NCBI GenBank assembly: GCA_035474175.1
Contig: DATINN010000160.1
Span: forward strand, 1 to 39,099
DNA: 39,099 nucleotides
Source of the DNA: Mycobacteriales bacterium
GTDB taxonomy: Bacteria; Actinomycetota; Actinomycetes; Mycobacteriales; CADCTP01
Direction: 5' to 3'
Shown: positions 31,667-38,378 of the stretch, in pieces
Position numbering within the stretch: the stretch's first letter is position 1
Layout: the number at the start of each line of letters is the position of its first letter
Made by a program: the position numbers and the translations under genes
The notes under the pieces: generated by a model
What the model saw: only the letters and a program-made list of their open reading frames with translations
Database searches by the model: none
What the model was told of the DNA's origin: nothing

Positions 31667-33580
31667 TCAGTCCGCCGCCGGGCGGGTGATCGTCCGGGTC
31701 GGCTCGTCCAGGTCGGCGTCGGCCGCGGTGTCGTCGGCGGGGACGGCCCGGTAGCCGGTGCCGTTCACGCCGGAGCCGTTCACGTGCCCGTTGGTGTGGC
31801 CGTTGGTCGAGCCGGGCGTGCGGCGGTTGAGCGCGGGCGCGCCGGTGCGGGCGCCGGTGGTGAGGTCGTCGGCGGCTGCGCCGTAGCGCTCGTCGTCGTA
31901 GCGTTCGTCGGTGCTGCCGTAGCGGTCCGCCCCGGACCGCGCGTCCAGCCCGGACCGCGCGCCGTACCGGTCCGGCGTGGACGGGGCCGGCGGGGCGGAG
32001 TAGGCCGAGCGGGTCGCCGTGGTCGCGGCCCCCGCGGTGGTGCTGCCCGTCGAGGGCGCCGGCGGGGTCCGCTTCTCCCGCCGCACCGGCACCCGCGGCA
32101 TGGTGACCATGCCGATGGACCGGGTGCCGACGAGGTCGATCAGCCGGGACGCGCGCAGCACCTGGTCGTTGGTGGTGGCGCCGAGCTCGACGACCAGCAC
32201 GGTGACGTGGGCCAGCCGGGCCAGCGTCTGGGCCTGCGAGCCCGAGGACATCGGCGGCGCGTCGATGACGACGAACCGGGCCGAGTGCCGGAACTGCCGG
32301 ATCGCCTGCTCGGTGAGGAAGACCTGGGTCGCCTCGCTGGTCAGCTCGGCCTCGACGCCGGGCGGGATGACCCGCAGGCCGTGCCCGGCCGCCGGCCGCT
32401 GCTCCAGGTCGGAGACGTTGATCCCGCCGTGCAGCAGCTCGGACAGGCCGGGCGCCTCCGGGTCGAGGTCGAGGATCTGCCGGCCGCTGGAGTCGGGGTC
32501 GGCGCAGACGAGCACGGTGTCCAGGTTCATCCGGGCCAGCGAGACGGCCAGGTTGGCGGCCACGATGCTGCCGGCCGGCCCGTCCGAGGCGCCGGCGACC
32601 AGGATGATCTGCTCCCGGTCGGAAACCAGCGAGACCAGCACGTTGCGCAGCTCGCTGAACGCGTTGCCCTGCCGGCTGTGGGTGCTCTGCACCATGCTGA
32701 AGTCGGTGCGCGCGCCGGTCGGCACCTCGACCAGCACCGGCACGTCGAACTCGCGCTCCAGGTCGACCGAGCGGCGGACCCGCCTGTCGGCGCGCTCGAT
32801 CGCGAAGGCCAGCATCAGCCCGAACAGCAGGCCCAGCAGCAGCCCGCTGGCGATGGCCAGGATGCCGAGCGGTCCGGACGCGGAGTCCGGCAGTACCGCG
32901 TCCGTGCTGATGTTGCCGGGCTCCACCGGGTCGTTCAGCGGGACCAGGCGTCCGGCAGCCGTGCTGATCTGATCGGTCACGTTGTTGAGCTGTGCCTGCG
33001 CGAACGCCCGGTCGGGCGAGTCGACCGGCAGGGCCGCGATCTGGCCGGTCAGCGTCTTCTGCTGGGCGACCAGGCTGGCGATCTGGGTCTTCAGGGCCTT
33101 GGCCCGGGCGGCGTTGTCGGCCTTGGCCACGTCGCCGCGGTTCTGCAGGTAGGCCTCGGCGAACGCGTGCGCGCCCTGCTGGGCCCCGGCCGGGTTGTCG
33201 GCCGTGAACGCGATCTCCATCAGCGTGGTGTTGGCCGGCACGGTCACCTTGACCGACTCACCCAGGTCCTGCGGGGAGATGCTGGTCCGCAGCAGGTCGC
33301 GGGCCTTGGTCTCGACCGCGGAGGAGCGGACCAGCTGGGCCTCGGTGTCGAGGTTGACGGTGCCGGTGGTGCGCCCGCCGGTCTGGTCGCTGTCGGTGCT
33401 GACCGGGGCGACGAGCACGGTGGCGGTCGAGGTGTATTCGGGGGACCGGGTCGCGGTGAACGCGTAACCGGCGCTCAGCCCGACCAGCAGGCCGAGCGCG
33501 ATCGCCCACCACCGCCGCCGGGCGAGGCGGAGGTAGTCGCCCAGCTGGAGCGTGTTGCCGCCGGACTGGCTCGCCACCAA
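31667..33580 (-). CDS. wzc: Wzc-like polysaccharide co-polymerase / BY-kinase homologue with a degenerate Walker A and a Tyr-rich tail
   Basis: The start is TTG 33580 or GTG 33577, after GAGGGGGAA. Wzz-like N-terminus: LGDYLRLARRRWWAIALGLLVGLSAGYAF...EYTSTATVLV. A coiled-coil region and a second TM follow. P-loop NTPase-like domain: IILVAGASDGPAGSIVAANLAVSLA (no Lys), VLVCADPDSSGR (A'), FVVIDAPP (B). The tail is DRYGARSGLDARSGADRYGSTDERYDDERYG. Confidence 0.83.
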   Translation of the reverse strand: MVASQSGGNTLQLGDYLRLARRRWWAIALGLLVGLSAGYAFTATRSPEYTSTATVLVAPVSTDSDQTGGRTTGTVNLDTEAQLVRSSAVETKARDLLRTSISPQDLGESVKVTVPANTTLMEIAFTADNPAGAQQGAHAFAEAYLQNRGDVAKADNAARAKALKTQIASLVAQQKTLTGQIAALPVDSPDRAFAQAQLNNVTDQISTAAGRLVPLNDPVEPGNISTDAVLPDSASGPLGILAIASGLLLGLLFGLMLAFAIERADRRVRRSVDLEREFDVPVLVEVPTGARTDFSMVQSTHSRQGNAFSELRNVLVSLVSDREQIILVAGASDGPAGSIVAANLAVSLARMNLDTVLVCADPDSSGRQILDLDPEAPGLSELLHGGINVSDLEQRPAAGHGLRVIPPGVEAELTSEATQVFLTEQAIRQFRHSARFVVIDAPPMSSGSQAQTLARLAHVTVLVVELGATTNDQVLRASRLIDLVGTRSIGMVTMPRVPVRREKRTPPAPSTGSTTAGAATTATRSAYSAPPAPSTPDRYGARSGLDARSGADRYGSTDERYDDERYGAAADDLTTGARTGAPALNRRTPGSTNGHTNGHVNGSGVNGTGYRAVPADDTAADADLDEPTRTITRPAAD

Positions 33581-33783
33581 TGTTCCCCCTCGTAGGCCCC
33601 GGCCGCGCGCGCCGCGCGGCTCAGGTGCGATCTCCCGGCGACGTCCCCCGCAGCCGGTCCGCGCCAACGTTAGTCCGTACGGCGGTCGACCACGGCGTGA
33701 TTGCCAAGAATCGTGGTTCGGCCACTCGACCGGAGGGTGAGGGTAGGCTCCCCTCCTTACCGGGCGGTCGATCAGGAGCACGA
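33581..33783. promoter_or_regulatory. Divergent intergenic region (wzc operon <-> GT14/paralog 2 unit); promoters presumed
   Basis: About 200 nt between divergent starts with no GC3-biased ORF. Confidence 0.35.
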
Positions 33784-34704
33784 GTGCGGGTCTGTTACCA
33801 CATCCAGTCGCATACCCTGCCCGGCCAGCTGGTCCGCCTGATCCGGACGATCCGCACCACCAGCCCCAACAGCCTCGTTGTGGTCAGTCACTCCGAGACC
33901 GGCCCCGACCTTGACCTGGGCGAGCTGGCGGCCGATCCCGCGGTGATCGTCACCCGGGTGCCCAACGGCTACGCCGACTTCTCCCACGTCGACCGCTGGC
34001 TGGAGGCCGTGGACCTGCTGGAGGAGCGCGGCGAGCCGTACGACTGGCTGTGCAACATCTCCGGCCAGGACTACCCGCTGCTGCCGCTGGCCGCGGCCGA
34101 GGCCGAGCTGGCCGCCGGCGGCGCGGACGGCTACCTGCAGTTCTTCCCGCTGCTCAACGGGCCCAAGTGGCCGGCCGCGAAGGTCCGCACCCGGTACGCC
34201 TTCGCGTACGCCAAGGTGCCGCTCTCGCCCCGGGCGCAGCGGCTGCTGCGGCCGCTGGCGGCGGTGAACCGGGTGCAGCCGCTGGTCCGGTTCAGCCCGG
34301 TGCACCGGGCCGTCGGGGTCCGCCGCCGCCGGCAGCCGATCCCGCTCGCCGACCTCTACGGCGGCTCGTTCTTCTGCTCGCTGTCCCGGGACTGCGTGCG
34401 CTACGTGCGGGAGTGGGTCGCGACCCACCCGGCCGAGGTGCGCTACCTGCGCGGCTCGCTGACCTCGGCCGAGGTGTTCTTCCAGACCGTGCTGGTCAAC
34501 GCGGGGACGTTCCGGCTGGAGAACGACAGCAAGCGCTACTTCGACTTCCGCAACAGCCGCCACAACCACCCGAAGGTGCTGACGGTGGCCGACCTGCCCC
34601 GGATGCAGAGCCGCGGCGCGCACTTCGCCCGCAAGATCGACGAGCGGGTCGACGCCGAGCTGCTCGATCGACTGGACGAGAAGCTATTCACGCTCCGTAG
34701 TTAA
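33784..34704 (+). CDS. Glycosyltransferase family 14 (Core-2/I-branching / xylosyltransferase 'Branch' domain)
   Basis: GTG 33784 follows AGGAGCACGA. (M)RVCYHIQSHTLPGQLVRLIRTIRTTSPNSLVVVSHSE...DWLCNISGQDYPL...YGGSFFCSLSRDCVRYV...SAEVFFQTVLVN...AHFARKID. This is the characteristic order of Branch-domain motifs. Confidence 0.82.
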   Translation: MRVCYHIQSHTLPGQLVRLIRTIRTTSPNSLVVVSHSETGPDLDLGELAADPAVIVTRVPNGYADFSHVDRWLEAVDLLEERGEPYDWLCNISGQDYPLLPLAAAEAELAAGGADGYLQFFPLLNGPKWPAAKVRTRYAFAYAKVPLSPRAQRLLRPLAAVNRVQPLVRFSPVHRAVGVRRRRQPIPLADLYGGSFFCSLSRDCVRYVREWVATHPAEVRYLRGSLTSAEVFFQTVLVNAGTFRLENDSKRYFDFRNSRHNHPKVLTVADLPRMQSRGAHFARKIDERVDAELLDRLDEKLFTLRS

Positions 34705-34836
34705 TTGGTTACTCAGCAATGCGTGTTCACTCACAGTTGCCAATTTCGGCTCCGGGCCGTCATCAACCCTCGTATTCTTCCTCTCACTGATCGGACGGGG
34801 GCGGCGTCGCCATCCGCCGAGTTCCTTGGGGGGAAT

Positions 34837-37800
34837 GTGACGAGACGCTTGGTGGCCGCCGCCCTGGCGGCCTTGGTGGGGACCTTGCTGGCCGTGCAGC
34901 CGGCCTGGGGGGTCAACGCGCAGCACGACAAGGTCGTGTCCGCGGTGCCGTCGGCGGCCACACCGAACGCGGTCAACGGCACCGTGTTCGGCATGGCCCA
35001 GGTCGGCACGACGATCGTCATGGGCGGCAGCTTCACGTCGGTCACCTCGCCCAACCGCGCGACGACCTACAACCTCCCGTACGTCGTGGCCTTCAACCAG
35101 GCCACCGGCGCGGTCAACACCGCGTTCGCGCCCGCCCTGGACGGTCAGGTCAACGCCGTGCTGCCGGGCCCGACGGCCGGCACCGTCTACGTCGGAGGCA
35201 GCTTCAACAACATCGGCGGCGTCAAGGCCAAGGGCCTGGTGCTGCTCAACGTCTCCAACGGCAGCCGGGTCGCCGGCTTCGCGACGCTGGCCATGAACGG
35301 CATCGTCAACACCGTCGCCCGGTCCGGCAACCGGATGTTCCTGGGCGGCACGTTCACCACGATCGGCGCCTCGCAGCGCGGCGGCATCGCCTCCTTCAAC
35401 GCGACCACCGGCGCCCTGGACTCGTTCATCACCAGCAAGGTCACGGTCAACCACAACTGGACCGCGACCAACGGCGGGGCCAAGGGCGGCGTCGGCGTCT
35501 CCAAGATCGACGTCACCCCGGACGGCTCCCGCCTGGTCGCGATCGGCAACTTCAAGCTCGTCGACGGCCTGTCCCGGGACCAGGTCGCGATGTGGGACAC
35601 CTCCGGCGCCACCGCCGCGCTGCGGCTGGACTGGCAGACCCACCGCTACGAGCCGGCCTGCTTCTACTGGGCCTACGACTCCTACATCCGGGACGTGGAC
35701 TTCTCGCCCGACGGCACGTACTTCGTGATCGGCGCGACCGGCGGCGGCAACGGCACGCTCTGCGACACCGCGGCCCGGTTCGAGACCGGTGCGGTCGGCA
35801 CCGACGTCCAGCCGACCTGGGTCGACTACGCCGGCGGCGACACCGTGCTCTCGATCGCCATCACCGGCACGGCCGTGTACGCCGGCGGCCACATGCGCTG
35901 GATGAACAACCCCAACGGCAACGACGCGCCGGGCGGCGGCGCCGTGCCGCGGCCGGGCATCGTGGCGCTCGACCCGGCCAACGGCATCCCGCTGTCCTGG
36001 AACCCGGGGCGCAACCCGCGCGGCGCCGGGGCGTACTCGCTGCTGGCCACGCCGCAGGGGCTCTACGTCGGCAGCGACACCGACTACATCGGCAACCGGA
36101 AGTACTTCCACGGCAAGATCGCGTTCTTCCCGCTGGCCGACGGGGCCGCGCCGGCCTCGACCGCGGTGCAGGCGCTGCCCGGCGGCGTCTACCTCGGCGC
36201 CTCCCAGCAGGCGGCCGCGAGCAACGTCCTCTACCGGGTCAACGCCGGCGGGGGAGCGGTGCAGGCCACCGACTCCGGTCCGGACTGGTCCGACGGCTCG
36301 GCCAACGTCAGCGGCGGCAGCACGGCCGGCTGGAGCCCCGTGGCCAACGTCAACGCCACGGTGCCGGCCAGCACGCCGCGCTCGATCTTCGACAGCGAGC
36401 GGTACGGCCAGCAGAGCTGGACGTTCCCGGTCCCGGCCGGAGCGACGGTCAAGGTCCGGCTCTACTTCGCCAACCGCTACCCCGGCACGTCGGCGCCGGG
36501 CCAGCGGGTGTTCACCGTGGCGGTCAACGGCACCGCGGTGCTGCCCTCCTACGACATCGCGGCCGACGTCGGCGACCAGACCGGCACCATGAAGGAGTTC
36601 GCCAACCTCACCGGCGCCGGGGACGGGGCGATCCACGTCGACCTGACCAACCACGTCGAGAACGCGCTCATCAACGGCATCGAGATCGTCCGCACGGACG
36701 TCCCGGAGCCGCCGGCGGGCGCGGCCGGTGCGCTGGTCGAGCGCAACTTCGACGGCAGCACCGCCGGTGCCGTGACCCAGGTCAGCTCGCCGCTGGACTT
36801 CAGCACCGTGCGCGGCGCGACCCTGGTCGGCAACCAGCTCTACTACGGCAAGACCGACGGGCTGCTCTACCGGCGGGCGTTCACCGGCACCACGTTCGGC
36901 GCCGAGTCGCTGGTCGACCCGTACAACGACCCGGCCTGGATCAACGTGGACACCGGCTCCGGGCAGACGTTCAAGGGCGCCCGGCCGTCGTTCTACAACG
37001 AGATCGTCAACGTGACCGCGATGTTCACCGACGGCAGCGGGCAGCTGTACTACAAGCTGCTCGGCGACTCCAGGCTCTACAAGCGGGCCTTCAGCGCGGA
37101 CAGCGGGATCATCCACGACGACCGGATCGCCACCGGGACCACGCTGCCCGACATCACCGGGGCGTTCTTCTCCGGCGGCAACCTCTACTACGCCACCCGT
37201 GCGGACGGGAACCTGACCAAGGTCGGCTTCTCGGCCGGCACCCTGACCGGCGCGCCCACCGTGGTCAGCGGGCCGTCGGCGGACGGCGTGGACTGGCGGT
37301 CCCGGGCCCTGTTCCTCGGCCCGCGCATCGCCGCCAACACCCCGCCGACCGCGGTCGCGGCCGTCACCTGCTCCGGGCTGGACTGCACGGCCAGCTCCGC
37401 GGGGTCCTCGGACCCGGACGGGACGATCGCCTCGACGTCGTGGGCCTGGGGTGACGGGGCCACCGGTCCGTCCGCGTCGCACACGTACGCGGCCGCCGGG
37501 ACCTACACCGTCACGCTGACCGTGACCGACAACGACGGGGCCACCGCGACGGCGACGAAGTCGGTCACCGTCACGGCCCCGCCGCCGGTGACCAACCCGA
37601 TCGCCTTCCGGGCCACCGCCGGCACCCAGGTCAACGCGACCTCGGCGTCGGTCACGGTGCCGGCCGCGGTGCAGGCCGGTGACGGCCTCGTGCTCGTGAT
37701 GACCAGCAACAGCAGCACGGTCACCTACGGCGACCCGGCCGGCTGGACGCTGGTCGACACCGCGACCACGACCGGGATCACCACCCGGGTCTACTCCCGG

Positions 37801-38226
37801 GTGGCGACGGCCTCCGACGCCGGCTCGGCGGCGACCGTCACCTCCAGCGCGATCGCGAAGCTGGACCTGCGGCTGGCGGCGTACGCCAACACCAGGACGA
37901 GCGCGCCGGTCTCGGTGCTGACCAAGGCGGTCGAGACGACCGCGGTGGCGGCGCACACCACGCCGGCGGCGACCGTGACCGGCGCGGGCTCGTGGGTGCT
38001 GTCGTACTGGGCGGACAAGTCCGGGACCACGACGGCCTGGACCGCCCCGGACGGCCAGACCGTCCGCGGGGTCACCATCGGCACCGGCACCGGGCGGGTC
38101 ACCTCGCTGCTGACCGACGCCAACGCGGCGGCCGCGGCCGGGCCCGCCGGCGGCCTGACGGCCACGACGGACGCCCCGGGCACCAAGGCCACGATGCTGA
38201 CGATCGTGCTGGCGCCCGCCAGTTAG
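34837..38226 (+). CDS. Large secreted protein, paralog 2: same architecture as paralog 1 plus an inserted malectin-like carbohydrate-binding domain
   Basis: GTG 34837 follows GGGGGGAAT. Signal peptide: (M)TRRLVAAALAALVGTLLAVQPAWG. It is collinear with paralog 1 and shares identical DNA tracts of up to 36 nt. The insert at about 36230-36690 reads LYRVNAGGGAVQATDSGPDWSDG...FDSERYGQQSWTFPVPAGATVKVRLYFANRY...QRVFTVAVNGTAVLPSYDIAADVG...NALINGIEIV (malectin pattern). PKD: CTASSAGSSDPDGTIASTSWAWGDGATGPSASHTYAAAGTYTVTLTVTDNDG. It ends in IVLAPAS. Confidence 0.87.
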   Translation: MTRRLVAAALAALVGTLLAVQPAWGVNAQHDKVVSAVPSAATPNAVNGTVFGMAQVGTTIVMGGSFTSVTSPNRATTYNLPYVVAFNQATGAVNTAFAPALDGQVNAVLPGPTAGTVYVGGSFNNIGGVKAKGLVLLNVSNGSRVAGFATLAMNGIVNTVARSGNRMFLGGTFTTIGASQRGGIASFNATTGALDSFITSKVTVNHNWTATNGGAKGGVGVSKIDVTPDGSRLVAIGNFKLVDGLSRDQVAMWDTSGATAALRLDWQTHRYEPACFYWAYDSYIRDVDFSPDGTYFVIGATGGGNGTLCDTAARFETGAVGTDVQPTWVDYAGGDTVLSIAITGTAVYAGGHMRWMNNPNGNDAPGGGAVPRPGIVALDPANGIPLSWNPGRNPRGAGAYSLLATPQGLYVGSDTDYIGNRKYFHGKIAFFPLADGAAPASTAVQALPGGVYLGASQQAAASNVLYRVNAGGGAVQATDSGPDWSDGSANVSGGSTAGWSPVANVNATVPASTPRSIFDSERYGQQSWTFPVPAGATVKVRLYFANRYPGTSAPGQRVFTVAVNGTAVLPSYDIAADVGDQTGTMKEFANLTGAGDGAIHVDLTNHVENALINGIEIVRTDVPEPPAGAAGALVERNFDGSTAGAVTQVSSPLDFSTVRGATLVGNQLYYGKTDGLLYRRAFTGTTFGAESLVDPYNDPAWINVDTGSGQTFKGARPSFYNEIVNVTAMFTDGSGQLYYKLLGDSRLYKRAFSADSGIIHDDRIATGTTLPDITGAFFSGGNLYYATRADGNLTKVGFSAGTLTGAPTVVSGPSADGVDWRSRALFLGPRIAANTPPTAVAAVTCSGLDCTASSAGSSDPDGTIASTSWAWGDGATGPSASHTYAAAGTYTVTLTVTDNDGATATATKSVTVTAPPPVTNPIAFRATAGTQVNATSASVTVPAAVQAGDGLVLVMTSNSSTVTYGDPAGWTLVDTATTTGITTRVYSRVATASDAGSAATVTSSAIAKLDLRLAAYANTRTSAPVSVLTKAVETTAVAAHTTPAATVTGAGSWVLSYWADKSGTTTAWTAPDGQTVRGVTIGTGTGRVTSLLTDANAAAAAGPAGGLTATTDAPGTKATMLTIVLAPAS

Positions 38227-38235
38227 TCCATTTCC

Positions 38236-38269
38236 GAAAAGGGGCCCGGCTTCGGCCGGGCCCCTTTTC
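38236..38269 (+). terminator. Intrinsic terminator: gaaaaggggcccggc-ttcg-gccgggccccttttc
   Basis: A perfect 15-bp stem with a ttcg tetraloop and a U-run at the 3' end of the stem, 10 nt after the TAG at 38224-38226. Confidence 0.85.
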
Positions 38270-38378
38270 CGTGTGCGGCCAATTACTCTTCGTAATCGAC
38301 GTGGACAATGCTGGAAACCCTCCCGACAATGTGTTTCGGGGGCCACTGCACATCGGTGGCTACGGGACATTCGGGGGA

